Origin: the human T2T-CHM13v2.0 reference genome, Homo sapiens
Assembly (NCBI RefSeq): GCF_009914755.1
Contig: NC_060930.1
Length of the DNA stretch: 64,000 bases
Strand: one strand, 5' to 3'
Shown piece by piece: positions 30,662-41,782 of the stretch; within the stretch, counting starts at the first letter, position 1, and each line of letters opens with the position of its first letter. The position numbers and the translations under genes were made by a program. Under the pieces are notes generated by a model. It searched no databases. It worked only from the letters and a program-made list of their open reading frames with translations, and had not been told where the DNA came from.

Positions 30662-30970
30662 ATTTTTTATTTAATTTTTTATTTTTTTTGGAGGGAGGGT
30701 TTCACTCTGTAGCCTAGGCTGGAGTGCAGTAGTGCGATCACTGCTCATTGCAACCTTGATCTCCCAGACTCAAGGGATCCTCCCAACTCAGACTCCTGAG
30801 CAGCTGGAACTACAGGTGCACACCACCATGCCTGGCTAATTTTTGTATTTTTTGTAGAGACAGGGTTACCCCATGTTGCCCAGGCTGGTCTCAAACTCCT
30901 GGCTCAAGCAATCGGCCCCTCTTAGCCTCCCAAAGTGCTGGGATTACAGGCATGAGCCATTGTGCCTGGC
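30662..30970 (-). mobile_element. Alu (J-type)
   Basis: Full dimer; TSD ttttcttaattttt. Confidence 0.92.
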
Positions 30971-31474
30971 GTTTTCTTAATTTTATACACATATATTCCT
31001 TTTTTCCCTCTCTCCTTCCCTCCCTCCCTTCTTTCCTTCCATCCATACTACATGTTTAAGCCATGGAACCTCTATCAAAACTACAGCAGAAAAGAAACTT
31101 TTTAAAAAAATCTAGGAATGAAGATTAAGAGCAAGCAAAAGGCAATGGAGTTTCTGGTAAGAATCAGGAAAGGCATAAAAGAGGAAGGATTTGGGAGCAG
31201 AAAGAAGGGAAGAGGGAGGATGGACTGGGAGCTCTCCAGTCAAGCTCTGCCAGGAACCAGCTGGTTATGCTGTCATTTAATTCATCTGACTCCTTATATT
31301 GGCTTCCCAGTCTATAAAATGAGCAGATCCCCTTTAACTGTGTTATATATAATAATTTTGAGTCCAGAACATTTAAAAAGGATGTTTAAAGAAAAATGCA
31401 AAAGCAAGAAAGCAATTAAGTTGATATGAAAGGCTTAGCAACTAAACTGGAAGGTGAGCAGGCCTCAGACTACA

Positions 31475-31710
31475 ACATTCATTCAACACACATTTATTTC
31501 AACACTGTTCTAGGTGCTGGGGAGACAGAGAGGAACAAAGCATTGCCACTTCACTCATGGCCCTCATAGTCTAGTAGAGGGTTGAGAGATAATAAACATG
31601 GAAACCAATAAGATAATTGTAGACTGTGCGATGTTATAAAGGAAATTAATGAATGATGATGAGGCAGAGACTATGGGATAGGGGAGGGGGTATCCACACT
31701 TGAGATAGGA
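31475..31710 (-). mobile_element. L2 3' end fragment
   Basis: cattcattcaacacacatttatt...ctgttctaggtgctgggga...ctcatagtctagt. Confidence 0.6.
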
Positions 31711-32047
31711 CATATCATGTTTAATTTACATGTGTTCAGATTGTGATTACAATGGGGAAAATAAAACCCTTAAATCCTTTGGCAATCGACAAAATCACTT
31801 TATTTATAACACACTAAAGGTGTGCACCAAGACGGCTTTCCACAGGAGGTTTGAGAACCATTTTACTAGAAATGTGAAAGAGTATTTACACAACAATGTT
31901 TTAAGAGTTATTTAGGAGTAATTCTTCATGGAAATAAGAAAGTCTAGAATGAAGTCTTTCGGCTCCTCCTCAAGCAACTGACAAGCCCCTTTCCTAGGCC
32001 GGCATTAACTCTATCTACAATTCTATGTAAATATACTCTTGGTATCT

Positions 32048-32390
32048 GCTATGAACTGAATTGTCCCCCCAGCATCCCAATTGATATGTTGAAGCCCTAA
32101 CCCCCAATGTTACTGTATCTGGAGATAGAGTCTTTAGGAGGTAATTAAGGTTAAATTAGGTAATAAGGGTGGGGTACTGATCTAATGGGATTAGCGACCT
32201 TAAAAGAAGAGACACCAAAGAGCCAGTGCTCCCTCTCTCTGTATAAGCACTACACCTGGGAAAGGCCATGTGAGGACACAGAGAGAAGGTGGCAGTCTAC
32301 AAGCCAAGAAGACAGGCCTCGGAGAAAGCCAACCCTGCTGATGCCTTGATCTTGAACTCCCAGCCTCTAGAACTGTGGGACACTGTATTA
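32048..32390 (+). mobile_element. MLT1A/B-type MaLR LTR
   Basis: tgctatgaactgaattgtcccc...tatgttgaagccctaacccccaatg...gtaattaaggttaaa...ccttgatcttgaactcccagcctctagaactgtg. Confidence 0.8.
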
Positions 32391-32939
32391 ACTCAGGGCC
32401 CACTGGAACAAAAATACCACCTTGTTAGATCACAGATGAGGTTGGGTCATTTTCATTGAATGCTATTCTTCCTCTAGGGTTCCTCAGTATGCCACTTGTG
32501 GACATAGCTTATGAGGAATTCTTTCAGGAACTGCAGGTATCAATCACATCTAGTTTTCTTTCCCCTCTTCACAGATAGTACACCAAATAATATCCATTAA
32601 ACTGTCGTTACTTGCCATTGAAAGAGAGGCTTTTCAATGAGATGTGGTTTGCTCTAATAGCACGTCTCCTACAGGTAACAGTATCAGTACTGGCGTAAAT
32701 GTGAATTAAATCATCCTTCTAAAAACAAGACATGGTTAAAATCAAACACATTTTCTCTTCTTTTCCTTAAGCCTCACACCATGCCAGGATGCCCATCATT
32801 TTCATGACACATCGAAATTTGAAAAACTTTAAAAAATTCCCTTTTCTTATTCTCTCCATTGATGTAGAATATTATAAAGTTATTGAAATCTGGTTTTCAC
32901 AAAATATAATCTTTAAACTTTGAGCATCTGAATATTTTC

Positions 32940-33110
32940 TGGATCCCCATCATAGTTCTATCATTTACCAGCTCTGTAGCTTCCGGAAGACTATGTAGCA
33001 TTTCTAAGCCTCTGTTTCTTCATCTACAGTGTGGGTTTATGGCGGGGACTAAATGAGTTTATATAGGAAAACCCGGCAAGTCGTAAGCGCTCAATAGCTG
33101 TTAATCACTA
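32940..33110 (+). mobile_element. MIR
   Basis: tctaagcctctgtttcttcatcta...taaatgagttt...gtaagcgctcaata. Confidence 0.6.
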
Positions 33111-33338
33111 CCACTACCATTATTACAACTGCTAATGTTACTGCAGTTTTTGTAACCAGCCTCCATATCGATCCTAAATCCATCAGTAACAATAACTTTC
33201 CTTAAAAAGACCATTCTCAGGCCAGATGTCTCCAAATAGCTACCAACTGTTTGTAATATCATGTCTTAATTCCTTCCAAATGATGACTGAGTAGGCTCTT
33301 CTCTGGTTGCCTGTTGCCTGCCCATTCTGTCTTCCTAG

Positions 33339-33701
<363 letters not shown>

Positions 33702-34914
33702 CTGAGTATAATTATTAATACCTTCCCTTTCACTCTCAAGTGTCCTGGCATGGGTGTTACTTGTTTCCCATTTGCTTAGACTTTCTGCTCTCGGTGGAAA
33801 AACCATCACACACAGTTCACTTGCTCTCACCTTCAAGTTATTTCCCTCCTCTAGAATGCTGTACTTCCACCACTGCCAAATCGTGAACTTTCTCTCCTTC
33901 AATATCCCACTGAGAACTCACCCCCAGGATGGGACTCTGCTCACCCCGTCCTCTACTCAAGCAGAAGCCTCTCAGCGATCATGTAAATAACTGTATAACT
34001 TTAATTGGCTCTGTTTATAAGCCTCTTATATCTTTTTTTCCCTCTAGGTATTTTTCCATGTGTTTATCCTGTCTCCATTAATTTGTAATCTTCCAGAGGG
34101 CAAGGCCTGAACACAAGCTTCTGTTGGTGTAAAGTGGAGGCACAGGTAAGGCTGATTGCTAGACACTGCCGTCCTTCTTTATTAGTAATCTGTTAAAAAA
34201 AAAAAAATTCTTTGTTGTAGTGTTTTGTTAGTGATGGTCCCGAGACTGCTAACCTAATGAAAAACTATATCCAGTGTCTGCTAGTGTCCAGACAAAAGAA
34301 AATCAACAGTTACAAGCTTTTCATAACGTGAGGGGAAAGTGTGCGGATATTTTGACCCATAAGGGAATTTATGGTGTATGGAAAGCATGTTATAGAATTT
34401 GTTGCCTTTAGATTTTTATTCTTGTCTTTTCAAGGCTGCAGGACTGTCTCAGAAGGGAAATAATATTTACCTTCCAAACTGAGATCTAAAACCCGAACAA
34501 AGCCTCAGGAAACATACTCCACCACCATCTTACAAGTTTGTGCTACGGGTGGAGGGAAAATGAATCTAATGTAGGAGGCCTCCCGCTGTGCGTCTAGCAG
34601 GAAAGACCATACGGTGCAAGTCTCCAGGATCACTAGAGGGGTGGATTGTTCATTTCAGTCCAGGTAGCAACAGGAAGCCCGTGCAAATGTTCCTCTCTCA
34701 CTGCGGGGCTAAGGAGTGTGGGTCCTTTCCCGCGACTACCTGCTTGCCTCTCTCAGAACCTGCAAGTGAAGTGCGGAAGATCTGTCTATCTTCTCGGCGG
34801 CGCAGAGCCCAAGGTAGAAACCGATGGAGGCGGTGCACTAGATAACATCAAAGCCCCGGGCAGGGGCCAGAAAGGGGGGCACAGGCAGCCCGGGGAATGA
34901 AGCGCCTCCCTCTA

Positions 34915-35031
34915 GCATTTCCTCTCACGCCCACTTCCAACCTAGGAGGCTTTTGGTTTCTGCTTTTTTGTTTTTAAAATTAAAAGTTAAACCCAGGAAG
35001 CTTTGGATCAGACTTTTGTGTTGCAGTTCGG
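34915..35031 (+). other. HIVEP1: Candidate alternative non-coding first exon of HIVEP1 (5' boundary approximate)
   Basis: Consensus donor CGG|GTAAGT at the 5' edge of the upstream CpG island, same orientation as HIVEP1. Confidence 0.6.
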
Positions 35032-35270
35032 GTAAGTTTTTCTCTCGGTTCTTTTGTCTGGCGCCTGGCTTGGGAAGAGCCTGGGCGTGGGGCAGAGTTG
35101 GCAGGGCGTGCGGGGAAGGTTTTGTCGCCGGGTCGCCCAGAGGAGGAGGGGATTCGGCCGGTGGATGGGAAAGCCCAGCGCGCGCGGAGGGCGGAGGGCG
35201 GAGGGCCGAGGGGAGGGACGAGCGGCGTGACCCGGCGGCCGGCGGGGAGGAACCTCCGGGATCTCCGCGT

Positions 35271-35300
35271 GGCGGTGGCGGCGGCGGCGGCGGCGGCGGC
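35271..35300. repeat. GGC-GGT-(GGC)8 trinucleotide repeat
   Basis: Direct inspection; within the upstream CpG island. Confidence 0.95.
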
Positions 35301-37490
35301 GCTGCCGGGCCGCGCGCTGGGCGGAGGGCCGGGGCCGCGGGGCCGCGCCAGGGGGGTGCCTGAGCCGGGCCCGGCCGGGCGGCCGCGTGGGAACCCGAGC
35401 CGTGGACGCAGCGGCGGGGGCGGGCAGGGTGGCGCGGGGCCCAGTGGACGCGGCTCCGGGGTGGACTTTGTGCCCTCTCCAAACTGTTCGCCAAGAAAAA
35501 CGTGTGTTGAGCTTTTCAGTGACACTATCCTCCCTCGAACCCCACTTTCCCCAAGGGGGGCTCCAGAAGCGTTCACGCGGACGGTGGGGATGGAACCATA
35601 GAGAAATGGACCTCCAGGAGCCCCCTCTTTTTTGGGGGCAGAGAATGGTCACTTGCTCCTGCATTGTCCCAGGATTTTTGACAGTTGAAACTGCAGTTTA
35701 CCATTCACATTCATCCTCCACATTCACCCTCTGCTTCATTTTTTTCCCACGCTGTGTTTATTTGATACATTTTGAGAAAATATATTGGATTTGCCACAAA
35801 ACAAGCCTAAAGAAGCTACTTTATAGTATAGCCAGGTTTCCCTGCATCCTGATATCTGGGAAGAATTGTAGGCAGAATTAGGAAAAGAAACTGCATTTAG
35901 AAAATTCAAAAACTTACTAGGAAACTATTCTGTATTGTATATATTTCAAATAAAAGTTTAATATCGGTTTGCTGCTCAAGGAAATAGTTGAAATGTCAAA
36001 ATTTACCTATCGTAATTCGAAATTGCATGTATGTTTTGTTAGAAAGTTCGTAGTAATGCTGAATCCTACATAAACATTGTGTTGACAGTATGTTGTGCTC
36101 AACAATTATTGGGTTAAACGTTATTCATTCAGTTAGCATTTTTCACTTCCAAAGTGATACAAACTTCACTCATTATCACATTACCTTTCTCCTGACAGAT
36201 TAATAGCTATACGTTCACAGTTAAATGCATGTTTACTTTTGGATTCAAATAACCCAGTTGGGAAGTTACATTATATACTTTTTTGGTGATTGCAACCTAT
36301 TGGATATCATTTCATTTCACAAATGAGAGATGGTTATAGCACAATGAAAATAAAAATTGCATTATTTCATCGTAGGGTTAGCATTAGTATGCTAGACATA
36401 ATTGTACATGTACACAGTTGGATGATCTTTGCTTTTATAACCAAATTTACTTTGTAGTAGGCATATTTCTCCCTTTACATGATATTATTTTTGGCTACAC
36501 ACTCGCCATTACTGAGTATTCCATTTTTAATCATTCCCATTCTGGTGGTTTGAGCTTTTCTTAGCTCAAATGAGCCAGAGGTACGATTTCCTCAGGGGAA
36601 TTTTAGGGGTCAACTCCAGCAGGAAAAACCTAGACGTCGTTATGGAAGCCCAAGGGAACAAAACAATTCAAGTTTGCACAGATGGCCAGCTGTCTTAGTG
36701 GTTGTATGGTCGTTTAGCATTTTTATTCCTTAAAAGGGGAAACCAGTTTAGTTTCATCAGGGATTTTTTTTTTTTTGCATCAATTTTGTTTCACCTTATT
36801 CCTCTCAAGTTTGAGGTGGCCCGTTAAACCAGCCACTTTTGCTTCTTGAGGTGGACCTGTGGAATTTCTGTGCCCCAAACTGCGAACGTTCTTTAGGTCT
36901 AACCCTGAAAACCTTCGTTACCCTGGTCCAGCCCCTCTTCACTGCTTTGCCATGGATTTCCACTCCTTGCTTTCTCTACTGCTTTCTAGCAGCCGGGGTC
37001 ACACCTTGGTTCATGCTAATTACTCCCTCTTCCCCTTTCACGCTCTCCCCTCTTCCCTGGAGCCCGGTCCGACGACCAGCCCCGCACCCCCCTTTTCTGT
37101 CCCCGAAGTCCCCTCCCGGGTTGGCCCTATAAGCTGTCAGGCTGGCAGGCAGGGGTTAATTGCGCTCGCAGCTTCGGCACTGGGAAGCACCAGCGGGGCT
37201 TTGGAGCGGCCTCTGGAATAACCTTGGCTTTCCTCGCTCTTTTAATAGAACATCCGCCACCAAAAAGTGGTTTCAGTTCAGGGTTAACATGTCCCCTTCC
37301 ACTCTCCAAACCAACACCCTGCCCCCTCCGTTTTTTTAAAAGTTGTTTTTCAAAGTTAATGAGTTTTAAGTTTCACAATGACTTTCCCCTTCCTTCTACG
37401 CGTTGCTGAGGAAACCCCCTTGGGGTCCCCCCCCCCCCGCTTCCCCCTCCCCCATTCTGCCCGGGCGAGGGGCGGGGCCGGGAGACCCCA

Positions 37491-37498
37491 TGACGTCA
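37491..37498. promoter_or_regulatory. Full palindromic CRE (CREB/ATF site)
   Basis: TGACGTCA at the 5' edge of the CpG island, next to a GC box and a kappaB-consensus GGGAGACCCC (37480-37489). Confidence 0.7.
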
Positions 37499-38464
37499 GC
37501 GGCCGGCCCACATCCTGCTGTAGAAAGTAAAGAGACGGTAAAGAGAAACTACGGCCCCGCCCGTCCCGTCCCTCTTCCCGGACCAACCGCCCCCAACTGA
37601 GCGACCCCGCCAGGCCTTCCCGGGGCCGCGTGACTGGCCGGGCCCGCCCCTCCGCCCCCGCCGTGTGCTGGTTCCCCAGGCGTCGCGACCCAGGGCTCCC
37701 GCCCCCCGCGTCCCTAACCCCGCCCCTCCCCCCCGGGCTGCGCTGCCACCTCCTCCCGCGTCCCCCTCCCGTCCCTGCGGCGGCTCGGCCGGGCGGGGCG
37801 GGGAGGGGCGAAGCGGCGGGTAGGTGGCGGGGCCGGCGCGGTCTGGGGCCCGCCCCGCCGGGGAGACCCGGGGCACTGGCTCCGGGTTCGTGCCGGGCCG
37901 GGCGCCCATCCAGTCCCTACACCCGGTCAGAGCTGGCGGCCGCGCCGGCCCAGCTGGGCCCCGGCGCCTGGGCGTCCCGCGCCCCTCGCCCCGGCCTCAA
38001 CCCCAGCCCCCGCGGGGACGCCCCCTCCCCCGCCCACGCGTCGCCGCCCGCGGCCTCCCCTCCTCCCGCCCCCGGGGATCCCCTGCCGCCCCGCCCACCC
38101 GCGGGAAAGCCTCCGACCTTCGCCCTGCCTCCCCCGCGCCGCCCGGCCCGCGTTCCTCCCGCCGGCCCCAAAGACGCTAAACGTGCCCTACTCTGCCCCG
38201 GGGGAGAGGTAAAGCCCGCGCCCGTCCTTCCCGCCCCGGGCCCCGCGGCCCCAGGGTCTGTCCGCCCGCCCCGCCGCGGCGCGCGCCCCCCAGCCCGGCT
38301 GCCCGGCTCCCTGGCGGCCGCGATCATGCCGTGGCTCCGGGCGCCGGCGAGCTTCGCCGCCTCCTCCGCCCGGCGGCTGCGGCCCCCGCCCGCGCGCCCC
38401 GCGCTCCCCCCCCCGCCCCCCGGCCCGCTCCCCTGTTTAATATTTCAGTGCTGGGTGGTGTGAG

Positions 38465-38720
38465 CGCCAGTCGCCGGCCTTCAGCGTGGCGGCTGCTGGG
38501 CGGCGGCAGGGTGGCGGACGGAGCGGGGGACCGGGGAGCGGCGGCCGCCGGAGGAGGTTATGTTTGTGTTTGGGGTTGTCAAGTGAAGGAGGGATCCCAG
38601 GCGCCGCCGCCGCCGCCGCGCGGGGGTCGCGGAGATCCCGAGCCGCGGCCGCCGCCATCAGCAGCGCAGCTCCAGGGCCGGCTGCAGCGGCAGCGGCTCC
38701 GCCGGGCGTCCTGGCAGCAG
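38465..38720 (+). other. HIVEP1: HIVEP1 non-coding exon 1 (5' boundary approximate)
   Basis: Core of the main CpG island; donor CAG|GTTCGG at 38720/38721 followed by G-runs. The AT-rich TTTAATATTT at ~38436-38445 could act as a TATA-like element. The TSS cannot be fixed from sequence. Confidence 0.7.
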
Positions 38721-38826
38721 GTTCGGCGCGGGCTCCGCGGCGGGGGCGCTGCAGCTGGGGAGGGCGGCGGGGCGGAGGGGGGGGGGGGCAGGAGCACATC
38801 CCTTCGGCGGGCGGGGGGCGTGCGGG

Positions 38827-38859
38827 CGCGCGTGTGTGTGTGTGTGTGCGTGTGTGTGC
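38827..38859. repeat. (CG)/(TG)n alternating purine-pyrimidine tract
   Basis: Run of (GC) units followed by (GT)n with one GC interruption, in intron 1. Confidence 0.9.
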
Positions 38860-40189
38860 AACCGCCGACCTTGCAGAGGGGATGGCTGCGTGCGGGAGAC
38901 CCTTGGCACTTCTGGGCGCCCTCGCCGCGCGCGAGCCGAGCAGGTACAGAGGGACCCAGCCTCCCCAGCCGCCTTCCAGCCGCAGACGCATTTTGCAAGA
39001 GGGTGGGGGGTGAAAGAGACCAGGCCTCGGCATCCCAACCTCCCGGCTTTGTGGGTTTCTTTCCCTTTCGTTCTTTGCTCTAAGTGCCTGTTTACTCCCG
39101 GCCACCTGGGTAGTTTCTTTCCGGGTTGGGAGTGCGCGCCAGCTGCAGTTGGGAAGGGGGCGGTGGGTTGGGGTGCGGGTCGGCTCGGGCTCGCCTTGGG
39201 GTCGGGCTCGGGAAGGAGTTGCTGGCTGGAGAGGGGAGGGGGCGGCGGCGGAGCAGGCGGCGAGGAGGAGTCTCAGGGCTGCCGCGCTCGCCTCATCTCG
39301 TCCTCCTCCTCCTCAGCTCTCTGCATCCACTCCAGGCTCCTTCCTGAGCTGGCACTTCCATTCCCCCCCTCCTCCTGGCATGCGAAGCGCTTTGTTCAGT
39401 GCAGCGTTGCAGAGGGGTTTTCCCAGGCTCCGCCCTCCACATTCATTCATGTTTTTTCTCCTTGCAACTGTCTTTACGCTTTTTGATCGTGTCATGTTTT
39501 TGCTCCATGTAGTATTTATTTCTTTCCCGTAAAGGAACGGTTTATCACTCGTCCTAGTCGCTACAATGCTGCTGTCTTTGGAAATACCCACTTCCCCCCA
39601 CAAGGATTTAAATATGGGATGGACAGCTAGGGACAGTGGGTAGGCAATGAACGGGGTAGCAGAAAGCCTTTACGGACAGGGAATGTGCATATTTTACATT
39701 TATGCTCCGGATCCCATGGGATCACATGATTGGATTACAGTCAGAGTTCACGCTTTAAAAACTTCCAAATATCGTTACCATTTAAAAGCTTTAAGTTTAA
39801 CAACGAACGTAGTTAAGCATTCATGCAATTTATTTGGTTCAGCTGTGTCTCAATTCTTTATTGAATCAGAACCTTCCTGAATTAGATAGTGGATGTTTCT
39901 TTAGAGCAAGGAGCTGAGAAACCCTATCTTTTATAGATCACTTAGCACAATGCTAGATGAAATACTTAGACCATCATTTTTTTTTGTATTATTTTACCAT
40001 GTAGTTAAAAATTGCAAATAATTTTGTGCTGAGCTGACATACAGCCAGATCAGGGATAAAATACTGAAGTTAATCGTGGCCTTCTTTACCTTCTGTTTCT
40101 TTGCTGTAATGAAACCATAAATTTCTAAAACCTTATACTGGGATGTTAGACACATTCCTTCCCATATAGGCTTTCTTAAGGAGAATTAA

Positions 40190-40640
40190 TAGTTCAGCGT
40201 TTTTGTGTGACAGGCAAAGCGTCTACAATGTTTAGTTTAGTCCTTATAACAACCTTCTGATGTGGATAATATTTCCTAATTTTACAGTTGGGAAATCTGA
40301 TCTTCAGAGAGGTTAAGTAACCTGAACAAGGCCACACAGTAAGGGGTAAAGCCTGGCTTTGAACCCACTCCGGTTTGACACCAAGATAAGTCGTCATGAC
40401 TTGCTGCGCCTCTTGAAAGAAATCCTGAAAGTAGATGTTATCAGCTCCACAAAATAAGCACTGGATATAACTGAGTCATGCAGTACCACATTCTTTAGTT
40501 GTTTATCTTGGACAAGTTACTTATCCAATTTTTTTTTAATCTGTAAAATGAATAAATGATAGCTACCTTCTTAGTTAACAGATTAAATTAGGGAATGTGT
40601 AGAAAGTACACAGGCACATAGTAGGTGCTCATAAGTGTTC
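40190..40640. mobile_element. MIR fragments (two, opposite orientation)
   Basis: tttacagttgggaaatctga..cagagaggttaagtaacctg; cttggacaagttactta...ctgtaaaatg...cacatagtaggtgctc. Confidence 0.7.
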
Positions 40641-40916
40641 TCTTGTCTTCTACAGTACCACTAATAACAAAAGCTTTAAGCCTTCCTTACTGTTCTATTC
40701 TTGTGTCTTTGCTTAATGACTAAACATTGTTTCATGTTTAACAGTGACAGTGGGCTTTGCTTCTCAGTTTTCTTGCAGTAAGTTAAAATTTCAGCTTTAA
40801 GATCCTTGAGAATCTTGTGGAAGAGCCTGAGGTGGCTGATTTGGGGAGATAGGTGATTCGGTTTTGGGTCATTCTTATCTTGGCCTATTATATTTCAGAT
40901 CACTGTGTTTTAAAAT

Positions 40917-41275
40917 CTGTAAGTCAGGACAGGCTAGGTTGTGCTGCAGTAACAAATAACTCTCAAACCTCACTTATTTAAGCAAACAAAAAGGTGTTTC
41001 TGGCGTATGCTGTGTGATCACGTGGGTTAGCCAGAGCTGACTTTGTGGTGGTGTCAGATTTGCTGTCTGGAGCAGTGCTGATCCCATGGCAGAGAGAGAA
41101 GAGCTCTGGAGGATCATGCTGTGGTAATAACTAAATGCTCCAGCCTGGAAGTGAAGTCTCATCCGCTCACAGGTCGTTAGCTACAGCTCCTCACACGTTC
41201 CTGGGAAACACAGGGAAGCAGAAAGTGTGGTCCTACCATGAACCTAGAGGTCTGGAATAACTGGAGTAGCCACAG
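40917..41275 (-). mobile_element. Old MLT1-type MaLR LTR fragment
   Basis: gtcaggacaggctaggttgtgctgcagtaacaaataac...; subfamily not resolved. Confidence 0.55.
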
Positions 41276-41694
41276 TAGCAACCCCTTGTATTAACTGAGT
41301 TAACTCTAAAACAAGATGAACAAGACATTGTCCCTGCCCCTATGAATGGGCAGATTTACTATACATGCCTAACATAATCCTTTTGTAGCCTGATGCGATA
41401 CTTTACTTGTTCCTGGTATTGTTGTTTTAAAACACAAAGTGAGTTTTTTTACTCTTGTCTGATAAAGATACGGTGTTTTTTTTCTGTTTTCTTAATGAGA
41501 AGTCCCGATACTGACAAAATGACCTCTGTTTAATTAAAAGTTAGTAATCTTTTGCAGTGGTGCCCAGCTTGGTTACTTTTTCTTGAGTTTAGGTTAGTGC
41601 TCTGCTAGGCAGTAACTTTTAAAGTATCTTTCTCCTCTGAAGGTAGTAAAATGTGCTTCTCCGTTTTTTTCTTTTTCAGCACATGGATTAATTG

Positions 41695-41772
41695 ATGTAT
41701 GTTGAGTTTATGGAGCTGCCTTTTGGTGGCTTGCTTTATCTGCAGTTTTTAAGAAGAAAAAGAAGGCCCTGA
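41695..41772 (+). other. Upstream ORF, 25 aa (MYVEFMELPFGGLLYLQFLRRKRRP)
   Basis: ATG 41695 to TGA 41770-41772, ending 10 nt before the main ATG. Direct translation; in vivo translation not shown. Confidence 0.55.
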
Positions 41773-41782
41773 GTCAAAGAAG

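Larger units (their letters stand above)
34580..35600. promoter_or_regulatory. Upstream CpG island / alternative (possibly bidirectional) promoter
   Basis: High GC and CpG density, (GGC)n tract, consensus + strand donor at 35031/35032 and a - strand donor AAG|GTAAAT at 34471/34470. Confidence 0.85.
37400..39400. promoter_or_regulatory. HIVEP1: Main CpG island / HIVEP1 promoter
   Basis: About 2 kb of very high GC with unsuppressed CpG and many GC boxes (e.g. GGGGCGGGGC 37469-37478), 2.3 kb upstream of exon 2. Confidence 0.93.

Noticed and set aside
34925-39603. Many long overlapping ORFs (up to 277 aa) on both strands
   Set aside because: Pro/Ala/Gly/Arg low-complexity frames are expected where GC-rich DNA lacks stop codons. 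The exon-1 frames close within a few codons after splicing to exon 2.
39710-39723. 14-bp perfect palindrome GATCCCATGGGATC
   Set aside because: A few palindromes of this size are expected by chance in 64 kb, and there is no supporting context.
41745-41752. G TTT TTA as a -1 frameshift site in the 25-aa uORF
   Set aside because: Only five T's, so not an X XXY YYZ heptamer; no downstream structure seen; and the main-ORF frame carries TAA at this position.
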